DNA from: Paramoeba atlantica
Taxonomy: Eukaryota; Protista; Discosea
Assembly: GCA_977017575.1 (NCBI GenBank)
Contig: CDRNVI010000160.1
Coordinates: 1-64,000 of the forward strand
DNA length: 64,000 nucleotides
Reading direction: 5' to 3'
Shown here one piece after another: positions 26,018 to 36,479 of this stretch; within the stretch, counting starts at the first letter, position 1; the number at the start of each line of letters is the position of its first letter. The position numbers were made by a program, and so were the translations under genes. A model generated the notes under the pieces. That model had not been told where the DNA came from and searched no databases. It saw nothing but the letters and a program-made list of their open reading frames with translations.

Positions 26018-28801
26018 TTATTTTTTCGTTTTGTGAATTTGCACTGAAACCCTTTGAGTCGAGCCTGCAACCACAAAAAAAATTGTTTTGTGGCACAATT
26101 TTTTTTCTTGTTTTGGAGGAGAAGTTCCTGAAGACAACGACAGATCCTGAAGGCAACGTCTAATGAGTTGGGGGGGCGCATCGGTAGGCCTTGGTTTAAT
26201 TTTGAGTTTTCTGTGAGTGAGCCACACAATGCAGGTATATGTGGGAAAGGCACTTTTTTCAAATCTCAGAGTCTAAAAACCCAGACGACAGGGTTGTAAA
26301 TTTTCTTGAGTCAGGGAAAGGAGTTGACTGGTCAAGTCTCCCCTCAGAGCCAGACGAGTGACTCCAGCGTGTCTGTGTTGTTGTTGTCGTTCCCTTTTTC
26401 ACCACCAGCGAACCGCTCGCATCAACAGGAATAACATTCCGCTCAGGCATCAAAAGAATAACTACGAGTTTTGGAGAAAAGAGGAAGAGCAATACAGCTC
26501 CATTACTCAAGAAAATCCCCGTCATCAACACAATATAAAACGGATGAGGTCGATCACCCACAAGAAAGAGCAAAGGGAGAACAACACAACAAGTAATACA
26601 TACAGTGTACAAAGTGTATCCAATGTAAGATGATTCAGAAAAGAAGTCATTATAATTTCGATTGAGAAAAGCAACAAGCACCCCAACCAACAGTGAAACT
26701 GAACCCAGTGTCAAAAAGAGAGTCAAAAACACAGAAGAGTTTTCTCCATCACAAATGATGTTGACCTTATCATTGTCCGGATGATTGTCACTTCGAGTCC
26801 TCTCGAGTGGATAAGCGGTAGTCCACACAATCAAAGGAATAACGAAAACAAGAGAATAGAGAAAAACACAAAGAAACAGTGGCAAATCTCGAACAGGTTT
26901 GAAAAAGAGTTTCTTTCGCTTTTTCATCACATACAAGAATCGAAAAGCTTTCACGTAAAGATGACCAAAAACGAAAACAAAGTTCATCATCAAAAGCCAA
27001 GGTCGTGCTTCACACTGAGAATCTGTTGGTTTCCCTGACCAAACAAATACATTCGAAAATCCAATCAGAACACCCAGAGAAACTCCACACATAAACCTTG
27101 GTGATGAGTAACACATGATTGGGGTGGTCCTCTTGCGCATGACAATAACGAGGGAAACTACTGTCAATAGAATCCCAAATGAGTACAAAGTTAGCATGGC
27201 AATAGCTTCTGGGTCCCCCCAACTCACATAAACTTGTTCTGCTGAATCAGGAATTCTTTGTGTTCCCCCTCCAAAAATTGGTTTTCGATCAAAAAAGATT
27301 CCTGACACATCCACAACTCCAATTTTCTCATAGGTCACATTGCGGACATTGTAGATCTCATAAGGAAGGAGTCGATCCCCATGCTCATCCAAAATCACGT
27401 TCCCTGTCACCCCTAAGAAATTGGTCTCCGACTGAATTGAATTCAGCACAGCTGTCCCATTAAGCGCATTTCCCCCTCTTCGAATCACACGATCCAAAGC
27501 AAAAGCCATCGTATACACGGTATCACGTTCCGATTCTATAATCCAACCTCCTGGATATTCGAGCCCACGAACTTCCCAGGCTTCAATCCATTGGTCAGAG
27601 ACTTCACTGGGTTGGATACCTTGAGGGAAAAGTCCAAGAATTCCCACCGAACCTTTTCTATACGCTTCAACTAACTCAGTTTTGTTTTCCTCGATCCAAG
27701 GAAGGGGGATCTCATCAACAAGCATTCCATCTGAGAGAAGGAGATTGTAAGGAGGTCCGAAAAAATCCATTTCGATTGCTATTTCTATGATGAGCCTCAC
27801 ATCCACATTAAACATTGCAAGTAGGATAACCCGTGCACCACTCGCTTTGGTCTTTTCAACAGCTGATCGAATTTGTTCTAACTTGGGAGTGTCATCAGGA
27901 TGAGTCTGAGGAATTGTTACAGAGGAGAGAATAGCGATGTTGTATTGAATTGCCCGGTCAGAGAATTCTTTGACAATGTTAATCCCGTAAGGTTCCGCTG
28001 TGGCAATTGTGGCAACACGATCCCAACCAAAATAGTGGCAAAGATCAGCAAGGAGCAAGCCCTTTGGTTTTTTTTTTAAAAGATATTGGGAAAAAGTAAT
28101 CAGAACCAGCTGTGTTGATTCATTGGGCGAGAAAATTAGCAAAGGGCAAGAAAAAAAAAGACCTGAAAAGAATCAGAAGCGGCAATACGAGAGAAAAAGG
28201 GATACGTAGAGGAATCAGACAAATCAGGAGCAGAAGAAAGTGCCGAGATTTGTGGGGTGTGGAAAAGGGGGGATGCGATTGCAAGTGCACTGTGAAAAAA
28301 GAATATTGATTATTATTATTTTTGAGAATAGCATTTTTTTCTCGAATATTAATATTCTAAAAATTGGTGATATCCGAACCGACTCACAGAAGAGAAAGCT
28401 CCCCCAATAAGTCCAGCAATTTGGAACTCCTTCTCCATTTTGAGATACTCAGCCAATGCAGCCACAGGAGAACGAGAAGTGGGAGCATACACAGCTATTA
28501 ATTCAGTTTCTAAAGATTGAAAAAAGTGAGAAGAAATAACTTTTTAAAGTTATTGTGGCTGGCTGTGGTGTGTTTAAGGTTGATTGAAAGGGGGGGATTA
28601 AAAGAAAAGGGACGGGGAGAGAAGACCAGGTAGAAGAGATGGATCCTCATTAATCGTTTCGATTATTATGCTGAAAGGTAGCAGTAACCAGTCAGCAAAA
28701 TACATAATCCCAATGGTGACATTTTGTGGAGGATTATGGGGAATATCTTCTCCGTTCATGCCAGAGGGAAGAAAAAGAAGAAAAAAAAGAAAAAACCACA
28801 T
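26018..28801 (-). CDS. Class C (GABA-B/Grl-like) GPCR: VFT domain plus 7tm_3
   Basis: ATG at 28801 with a signal peptide. VFT motifs [20 protein letters not shown] and [14 protein letters not shown]; 7TM motifs GHLYVKAFR and [15 protein letters not shown] probable short terminal intron (GG|GTTTTT...TCACAG) extends the frame to TAA at 26018; otherwise the ORF stops at 26259. Confidence 0.9.
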
Positions 28802-29140
28802 AATACAATAACACCAAACGTAAAAATAGCAAAACAACACTTCGCTTCTTATGACAAAAAAACCGTGCGGGAAAATAATACAAAAAGAGTCGTAAATCTC
28901 TCAAATTTCTTCTTTTATGGGTTGCTAAATTCTTGTTTTTTTTTGCTGTGACTGCGTGATGTCACAATTTTTGTTGGGAGTGGGACCTTTTCATTCAGTT
29001 TGAAGCTCTTTCTTTTTTTCTTTTCTTCCACTTCACTTTTGTGCAAAAGAAACTTTTTCCGAAGAGGCCTCATTTGTGAGAGAGGAGAGACGCAACTTGG
29101 CTTGGTCCCCAAACTTTGTTTTTCATTAGTTTCTTGACCA

Positions 29141-29532
29141 ATGACTGGATTTTCGCCGATCGTTTTGTGGTTTCTTGTCCTTCCTTCGTTTTTGTCGACC
29201 CCTTCTGCTTCTCATCTCCCTGAAAACCTTTCTTGTTCTCGCTCTCCCTCCAAAATTTGAGAAAACTAGTTTTGTTACAAGGAAATGTTACAGTAATTGA
29301 GGAAGAAGAACAACAGGAATTTTTTGACCAAGATGTATCTCAGATGTTCGAATGCTGCCACTCAAAGTTGTCGAAGAACCTTTCTTATCTTATTATTTGT
29401 CAATTGATGTTCAGTGGATTTTCTTGTGTGTCTTCTTCTTCTTTTGAAGAACAACTTTGCTTGGAAGAACAGAGTATTGTCTTCAAGTTTCTGAGGTATG
29501 TTCTTTCCTTTCACAGTTAAATTGTTCTTCAA
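29141..29532 (+). pseudogene. 5' fragment paralogous to the Frizzled/Smoothened-like gene at 38.1 kb
   Basis: Aligns by eye to ~38130..38520 (shared TTACAAGGAAATGT..., CAATTGATGTTCAGTGGATTTTCTTGTGTGTCTTCTTC, CACAGTTAAATTGTTCTTC). It has an ATG and signal-like start but carries indels and ends abruptly. Confidence 0.8.
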
Positions 29533-29548
29533 AACTTTATCTTGGTGA

Positions 29549-30288
29549 TCAAATGGACGAGAAGAAATTGTGAAAATTTCTTCTGTGAAGAATCTTCACA
29601 ATTTCTTCAAGATTATTCTCAGCAGCTTTGTAGCTTTGTGAAGAGGGCACCATCCACGCTTCACAAAAAGAAAAGAGAAAAAAAATTTGAAGAGACGACA
29701 ATAATTGGTAATTTTGATTGGAGAAGAGGTAAGAACACACCACCGTGAAATAGAATTTGCCATTCGAGTTAAGCTTGGTGCTGTAGATTCTTTCGCTGGT
29801 CTCTGCAGGGAAAAAAAAAGAAGATAAACATAAAACAGAAGATAAAAAGGGAAGAAAGAGAGAAAGAAAAAATTAATAAATAATAACAAGAACAAACACG
29901 AATAATAAGAAAATAAAAACCTGCCAATTCTTCCAATACAAGTCAAACAAGCAGCCAGCTCAGAAGTTCTTGGAACCCAAAAGAATAAAACCGAATTTGT
30001 TGTTGCTCAGAAGGAAAAGTAGGAGAAAAAGAAGAACTCGAATTGCAATCAGCTAATTTGTTGAGGATCCATTGTCCTTTCACACAAAGACAACAATTTG
30101 GCCTTTCAAAACTCCCAGAAATAACACCTACTGACCATTCTTGAATCCAAACCAAAACAAAATTGCACAACCTGAGAAACAAGAGAAGAAAAAGAAGAAC
30201 TTTGATCTCCTTTCTCAACAGCATCAAACAGACTCTTGTTTTTTGATCTATTTTCTTGATGAATTTTCTTCTTCTTCTTTTCTTCCAT
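29549..30288 (-). pseudogene. Ankyrin-repeat pseudogene
   Basis: SLFDAVEKGD near the start. Removing an 8-bp tandem duplication (AGCTTTGT at 29624..29631 and 29632..29639) restores the canonical ankyrin repeat GWCPLHKAAENNLEEIVKIL. One intron at about 29807-29920. Confidence 0.45.
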
Positions 30289-30469
30289 CCTCAATTTTGT
30301 TTCCGAAACCGAAACCGAGAGCGTTGGTTGGAAACAAACCGAAAACAACCTAAAAAAAGGGACTGTTTTTTTGTTTGTTTTTTTTCTCTTTGGTCTCTCT
30401 CCCTCCCTCTCCCTCCCTCTCCCTCTCCCTCTCTCCCCCTCCCTCTCTCTTCAAACCCTCAATGATCTG

Positions 30470-31530
30470 ATGAAGAAACGAATTGATCCAACCGAGGAGG
30501 AAAACGAGGAGGTAGTGAATGAAGAATCCATTGATCAACCGAGGACTCTCGAAGTCGTGTACATCATTCTCTGGAATGTCCTTCCCAGTGTCTTGATTAT
30601 CCTTATCAACAAACTTCTTTTTCTCGAGTATTCTTTTCCTTCTGCAACAATTCTCAGTTTCCTCCATTTGTTATCACAAATTGTGGTGATGAGTACTCTT
30701 TTGTTTGCTGGGGTTTTCAAACGAAAGCCTGTTTCAATTTTCACGATTTTGAGCATCAATATCCCACTTTCTTTGTCTCAGGTTGGTTGAAAAGAAGAAA
30801 AGAGAAGAAGAGGGAGGAGAGAGAAAAGAGGATGAATTTCATCACATCACAACAACACTTTTTTAAAAACTAAAGACAGGTTTTTCAAGCGATGAGTGTC
30901 AAAATGAATTCGCTAAGCACTTTCATGGTCATCAAACAACTTACCATTCCCTTGACTGCCTTTGCAGAAGTTTTGGTTGGAAAAAAAATGTTCACTTGGA
31001 AACTTTGCCTTGTTGCTCTGCTTATGACAATCAGTTCAACTCTCATTTGTGGGATTGAAATCCAAAACTCAAACATGTTGGGGATCTTGGTTGCTCTTCT
31101 TTCTGTTGTTACCAATGTATCTGGTCAGATGCTAGTGAGTGATGCCCTCCAAAATTCTGATGCTCTTGAAAAAATTGAGCCCCTCCAGCTGAGATTTGAG
31201 GCAACTGTCAAGGGGGGATGGGTCATGTCATTTGGCTTTTTGGTGGAGTTTTATCTCTTCCCTGGGATCATTGACGAAACGTCAGCCTATGATTGGAGTC
31301 AATGTATCTTTTTTTTGGCTTTGTCATGTATTTTGGCCCCTATTGTTGCAATTTCATTCTACTTTGTTGTGGAAACAGTTTCACTTTTTGCATATCAAAT
31401 TCTCTCACCATTGAAACTTTCGTTGGTTATCTTTTGCTCAATGATGTTTTTCCATGAGGAAATCCCTTTCACAAAGTTTTTGGGACTCACCTTGGCTGTG
31501 TTAGCAACCTTTATCTACACCAAATATTAA
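30470..31530 (+). CDS. Nucleotide-sugar transporter (TPT/SLC35E-like, UXT-like)
   Basis: join(30470..30781,30880..31530). About ten hydrophobic helices; motifs ILINKLL, YSFPSATILSFLH, NSLSTFMVIKQLTIP and YQILSPLKLSLVI match the TPT/NST family. Confidence 0.87.
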
Positions 31531-31627
31531 ACAACAACCCTAAAAACTTTTTTGACAACTTGTGTCTACAAGAACAACAACACACCATCTCCCGTCTTCT
31601 TTTTGAAATTACAAACAATCCAATGAA

Positions 31628-31704
31628 GAGGGAAAAAAGAGGGAAAAAAGAGGGAAAAAAGAGGGAAAAAAGAGGGAAAAAAGAGGGAAAAAAGAGGGAA
31701 AAAA
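31628..31704. repeat. 11-bp tandem repeat (GAGGGAAAAAA)x7 between converging genes
   Basis: Units start at 31628, 31639, 31650, 31661, 31672, 31683 and 31694. Confidence 0.95.
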
Positions 31705-31710
31705 TTGTGT

Positions 31711-32697
31711 TCACAATCTAAAAAAATCAAATTCTGGATAATTTGTCCAATTTGTCCAACCTGCCCACTTTGGTAGTCTAAAAGTGATTTGTTTCCTAGA
31801 CGTGCTAGTGAAATATGGTTCACAATGATCTGGTGTTCCAATCTTCCATTTCAGTCGATTGTGATATGCCCAAACTTGATCCACCCAAACTATGGTCCTC
31901 TTGCTGGAAATTAAGTTGTTAAAAAAAGCTTTAATGAACTTCCCATCCGCAGATCTTCTCTTTGGAGGAGGAAAAACCTCCCCCCACAACGCGCCTGATT
32001 CTTTAATTGCTCTTGATCGACCAAAGAAAGACCCTGTATCAACCGTTCCAATTTTGGGCAGTGGGACTAAAATTCCTTTCTTCTCGAATACCATGTTCCA
32101 GAGTGCTCCATCCAGTAAAGGAAGAGCTCTCACCAGTTCAGAAGTCTTGTTGAAAAAGAGACACCAGAGAATTGTGTCCAGATCGAGATGGTAGACAAAC
32201 ATTTCATCAGGTAGGAAGTCATGAGCAACATTCTTGATCCAAGCTGGGTATCTGAAGGGATCTTCATTTAAATCAGGCCCTTTCCCAGTTCCTCTCATAA
32301 TCACAGGAATGAAGACAGAGTTAAATTGTTTTGTTTTCTCAAGGGAGAAAGAGCTGGTTGCTAAAGTCCCATTTTCAGCAATCTTATCAGTGAATGTTAC
32401 ATCCAAATAGTCTTCTACACCAGCTCGATTGAGAATGTCATAGATATCAGATAAGAGAGCCCCCTCTTTGGCAGATCGAGGAAGGGCATCAGGAAAGATG
32501 AAGTAGCAGATGCGAGTCCATGCTTGAGGGGTTGTTTTGAGCTGAGATTGGATCAGTTTGAGAGTCTGGAAAAGATAGTTGTTGTCAGGTTCCTTGTAGA
32601 AAGATGTCACAAGTGCTAATGTCTTGGTATCGACTTGTAGGACACTGGTTATCGAGAGAAGAACCACCAAAAAAAAGACCCTGATGAACCCTTTCAT
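31711..32697 (-). CDS. Putative GT-A fold (GT2-like) glycosyltransferase with N-terminal membrane anchor/signal, 328 aa, intronless
   Basis: ATG at 32697 (MKGFIRVFFLVVLLSITSVL). DxD motif YHLDLDT; downstream VDTGSFFGRSRAI...RSADGKFI resembles the C-terminal motif of prokaryotic GT2-like enzymes. Confidence 0.68.
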   Translation of the reverse strand: MKGFIRVFFLVVLLSITSVLQVDTKTLALVTSFYKEPDNNYLFQTLKLIQSQLKTTPQAWTRICYFIFPDALPRSAKEGALLSDIYDILNRAGVEDYLDVTFTDKIAENGTLATSSFSLEKTKQFNSVFIPVIMRGTGKGPDLNEDPFRYPAWIKNVAHDFLPDEMFVYHLDLDTILWCLFFNKTSELVRALPLLDGALWNMVFEKKGILVPLPKIGTVDTGSFFGRSRAIKESGALWGEVFPPPKRRSADGKFIKAFFNNLISSKRTIVWVDQVWAYHNRLKWKIGTPDHCEPYFTSTSRKQITFRLPKWAGWTNWTNYPEFDFFRL

Positions 32698-32885
32698 CCC
32701 GAGAAAGGAGAGAAGGAGAGAAAAACTGAAGCTGCTGTCTTTGCGAAAAATGGCCAAGACGCCAAAAAAGGAAAACCAAATTCTCCTTTTCCTTTTTCGC
32801 TCGAATCGGCACACATTTTCCGTTCTCACCAACAACCACAACAACCACAACAACCACAACAACCACACGCACAAACAACTTGTTT

Positions 32886-34922
32886 ATGTCTGGCGGTGGT
32901 GTGATCGTTATTGGTGCTGGTGGATTGGGCCGATGTGTCGAAGACTTTTTTGAAGTGGCTGCGTTTGTTGATGACGGTTGTAAAGAATCATCTGTCAACG
33001 GTGTTCCTGTATTGGGTGGTGTCAGTAAGTTGCTTGAACTTGCTTCATCCAACAAGGAGATTATTCAAGTTGTCTTCGCTCTTGGCACCCCTGAAACAGC
33101 AAGACAGATCCATGAGAAGCTTCACTCGAGTCCCGCTTTTGCAAACTTGGCTTTCCCATCGTTAATCCATCCTTCTGCTTCTGTGAGTCGCCATGCCAAG
33201 GTTGGAATTGGAGCGATTGTGTTCCCTCATTCAGTTATTGGCCCAAATGCAGTGATTGGAAATTTCTGTTTTCTCAACACTTCAGCAGTTCTTTCTCACG
33301 ACGCTCATCTGGGTGACTTTTGCCGGCTGCACGGAGGGAGTCGAGTTCTCGGATGGACCCAAGTTGGAGACTCAGTCAGTGTTGGATCTCAGGCTGTTGT
33401 ACGTGATCGCTTGACGATTGGGAACAATGTGGAGATTGGTTGTGGAACAACTTTGGTCAGCGATATGGGAAGTAACCTTGTGGTGGCAGGCAATCCAGGT
33501 CGAGTGTTGAGAAACTTGGCACCTGTTGCTGCTGCTGAGAACGGAAAGCGATCTCGCTCATCAGAAGAAGTTTCGATTCCTGTTGACAATTCCCGGCTCA
33601 CTCACCCATTACATGGCCATTTGTTGAAATGTCCTTTCCCAGAAACAGTGCTCGACTTGCTGCACGAGAAGATGAAGAGCTGCAAAAGTAATGGGAGGGG
33701 GTCTCATTATCAACAGACTGTTTATAACCCATTGTTGTATGAAGAAATTCCCGAGATCAAAGACTTTTTGCACAAAACATTCCCGCATGACCGACCCCTG
33801 GCAGACTTGATTTTTCAGCAAGGAGAAACAGACTCAGGGTTTTCTTGGCACTGTGATTATGACAGCAATTTCATATTGGAGGATCCAACTGTAATGTTCT
33901 CACTCTGGTTCACTCTCACTGATATTACGAGCGAGACTGGAGCGAGGTTGCAGTTCACGGCTGACCATAACAGCATCCTTTTGGCAAGAATGGAAACTTT
34001 TAGTCGTGTGTACCATGGGCATCCAGCGTGTGGAGTAGCGCATCCATGGGGGAGTGTGGTCCTCCCAATTCTTCATGAACGGGCAATTGCATTGGATATG
34101 AAGAGAGGAGATTGCCTTGTATTCAGCAATCACATTTGGCATAAACCAGAGAGGGTGAAGAAAGAGGGTTTTGCTCGTACATCCTATGTCATCCGAATGA
34201 TACCCAAGAATGCCAGGTTCCATCGTGGCCGTGCCGAGATTGCCTCCAAAAGGTTCAACCCTTTTAAAATAGACCAAAAATTCTTGAACACACCTGATAT
34301 TCAGTGGGTTGATGAACCTTATGAAAATTCGAAAGAAAAAAAAAGCTTCTCAGAGAAGAATTCAATGGCTGTATTTGAAGGGTTTTGGATGAAGCATTAT
34401 GGATTTCAGGAGGCTATGGCCACTCGTCTCGTTATGGATGCGACTGAGAATTCCTCAAGCGTGTGGAAGCTCCTGGAAAGTGGGGTTATATCTCCCCCAA
34501 CCATGCTCTCTTCAGAGTGGAGGAAGGACCTCACCATTGAACAAGCTGAGGAGTTAGTCTGCCTCTCTATTTCAGAGGAAAAACGAACGATTCTCAAATA
34601 CCATCACTTTTTGCAGATGGCAGCCGCTGTACACCGCTTTCCAAACCATTCTTTTGCTGGAACACCTTTTGAAGGAGAAGAAACGAGATTGAAGGCGGTA
34701 AAAGTAGTGGAATTTGTTCGAAGGAGACCGGAGTGGGCCTTTCAAATTCGTCTTACTCAACTAGATGGACCGAATGGATTCTTCTACCCACCTGGGTGGA
34801 CCCTTGACTCTTTAGATCATTACTTGAAAGCAGAGGGAACAATCAATGAGAGTGTCATGGTGAGGTGGCAGAAGCAGTGTAATTCCATTCTTTCTGCTCT
34901 GGAAAAGTCAAAAATTATTTAA
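32886..34922 (+). CDS. PglD/NeuD-family sugar acyltransferase fused to a PhyH-like 2OG-Fe(II) dioxygenase and an unknown C-terminal domain, 678 aa, intronless
   Basis: N-terminal VIVIGAGGLGR...FVDD...VPVLG, LIHPSASVS, hexapeptide repeats, LSHD (catalytic His position) and VAGNPGR. Middle domain WHCD...LWFTLTD...GDCLVFSNHIWH...RTSY gives the HxD...H triad and an RxS 2OG-binding motif. Confidence 0.9.
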   Translation: MSGGGVIVIGAGGLGRCVEDFFEVAAFVDDGCKESSVNGVPVLGGVSKLLELASSNKEIIQVVFALGTPETARQIHEKLHSSPAFANLAFPSLIHPSASVSRHAKVGIGAIVFPHSVIGPNAVIGNFCFLNTSAVLSHDAHLGDFCRLHGGSRVLGWTQVGDSVSVGSQAVVRDRLTIGNNVEIGCGTTLVSDMGSNLVVAGNPGRVLRNLAPVAAAENGKRSRSSEEVSIPVDNSRLTHPLHGHLLKCPFPETVLDLLHEKMKSCKSNGRGSHYQQTVYNPLLYEEIPEIKDFLHKTFPHDRPLADLIFQQGETDSGFSWHCDYDSNFILEDPTVMFSLWFTLTDITSETGARLQFTADHNSILLARMETFSRVYHGHPACGVAHPWGSVVLPILHERAIALDMKRGDCLVFSNHIWHKPERVKKEGFARTSYVIRMIPKNARFHRGRAEIASKRFNPFKIDQKFLNTPDIQWVDEPYENSKEKKSFSEKNSMAVFEGFWMKHYGFQEAMATRLVMDATENSSSVWKLLESGVISPPTMLSSEWRKDLTIEQAEELVCLSISEEKRTILKYHHFLQMAAAVHRFPNHSFAGTPFEGEETRLKAVKVVEFVRRRPEWAFQIRLTQLDGPNGFFYPPGWTLDSLDHYLKAEGTINESVMVRWQKQCNSILSALEKSKII

Positions 34923-35021
34923 TAAAATATTTTTCATTCATGAATGAAAAAGGTAATAATAATAATAATTTATATTTTTAGAAAAATATATAAAGAGTTT
35001 TCTTTGATTAAAGTAAATAGA

Positions 35022-36302
35022 TTAAGACGAGTTCTCTTTTTCCTCAAAAGAAAAAGAAACATCAAGAGGTTCGAAAGGAGGATTTTCTTTAAAATGTGCT
35101 TTCAATTCTTTCGAATGAAGAAAAGCAGTCTTCAAAATGGAAACGATTTGAAAAATCTCTTCTTCCTTGATGGATGGACCACCAGGGAGCTGAAAACAAA
35201 TTTCTGATAACTTTTCAGTGTTGGGGAGGGGGTGAGGATGGAGACGACCTTTGTATGGTTCCATATTTTGAACACCTGGGACAAAATATCGACGACATCG
35301 AACATTCTCAGCACGCAAGACAGCCACAATTTCATCTCGATTAAGTTGAAACTTATCGGAATTATCCAAGCAACAAACAACAGATTGGTAATTGTTGGTT
35401 GAATTAGGGTGAACGCCAGTTGCTCCAACCAACTGAACTCCTGGGATTGAGGATAAGTGCTGTTTGTACAAATGCCACACCATTGAGCACCTTTTCATCA
35501 AATCATTCAGAGAGTTCAGGTTGGCAAGAGCCAAACCTGCGTGGAGTTCAGATAATTTCGCATTTGATCCCAAACAAACAACTCGATCAGTCATCAAAAA
35601 CCCAAAATTTCGAAGAAATCGACATTTTTCTGCGAGTCGTTCATTGTTGGTGGTGATCATCCCTCCCTCTGCAGAAGAAAAAAACTTGGTGGCATGAAAA
35701 GAAAAGACTTCAGCCCTCCCAAACCCTCCAATCTTTTTCCCTTCATGTTGACAGTTGAAAGCGTGGGCAGCATCAAAGAGCAATGGAATTTCATGAGAAG
35801 AACAAAGCTTTTCCATCGCCACAACATCACATCCTCTTCCCCACAAATGAACTCCAATCACAGCAGCAGTGTTTGGGCCAATGCAACGAGAAAGAGAATC
35901 AACTGAAATCAAGTGACTATCCCGATCACAATCACAAAACACACATCGATACCCAGCCATTTCGACGGCATGTGCAGTTGCAACAAAAGTCCAAGCAGGG
36001 ACAATCACTTCAATCTTTTCTCCTCTCTCCCAAGGATCACCCAATTCCGCTCGTAAAACCAACTGCAGACCAAGAGTCGCATTTGCCACACAGATACAAT
36101 ATTTCACCCCCAAAAGCTCGCTCAAATCTTTCTCCAGCTTCTGAACAAAAGGGCCATTGTTCGTTAAGTTCCCGCTTTCAAGAGACGATCGAAAATACTC
36201 CAATGCTTTCTCGATATCGAGAGTGTTTGGTTTTCCAACGGCGAGTTCGTTTTTGAAGGTGGGTTTCTTGGTAGAAAGAACAGCCAGCGGTGGAACGGCC
36301 AT
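35022..36302 (-). CDS. DegT/DnrJ/EryC1/StrS PLP-dependent sugar aminotransferase, VioA-like, 426 aa, intronless
   Basis: ATG at 36302. Motifs LTNNGPFVQKLE, VANATLGL, VPAWTFVATAHA, GVHLWG, FDAAHAF, FSFHATK (PLP Lys), EGGMI, RNFGF, NAKLSELHA and RRYF. Confidence 0.95.
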   Translation of the reverse strand: MAVPPLAVLSTKKPTFKNELAVGKPNTLDIEKALEYFRSSLESGNLTNNGPFVQKLEKDLSELLGVKYCICVANATLGLQLVLRAELGDPWERGEKIEVIVPAWTFVATAHAVEMAGYRCVFCDCDRDSHLISVDSLSRCIGPNTAAVIGVHLWGRGCDVVAMEKLCSSHEIPLLFDAAHAFNCQHEGKKIGGFGRAEVFSFHATKFFSSAEGGMITTNNERLAEKCRFLRNFGFLMTDRVVCLGSNAKLSELHAGLALANLNSLNDLMKRCSMVWHLYKQHLSSIPGVQLVGATGVHPNSTNNYQSVVCCLDNSDKFQLNRDEIVAVLRAENVRCRRYFVPGVQNMEPYKGRLHPHPLPNTEKLSEICFQLPGGPSIKEEEIFQIVSILKTAFLHSKELKAHFKENPPFEPLDVSFSFEEKENSS

Positions 36303-36479
36303 GATTCTTGTGGAAAACTGTTTGCGGAAAACAAACAAAAAAAAGTGAAAAAAAGTGAAAAAACCCGCGTCCTTTTTTTTTCTGATCCCATTTTCATTTT
36401 CAAAGATTTTCTTTACTTTTTGTTTGGTTGTTGTTGAGAGTAAAGGGAAGGAAAAATCATTCAATCTAAATTAAAAGTT

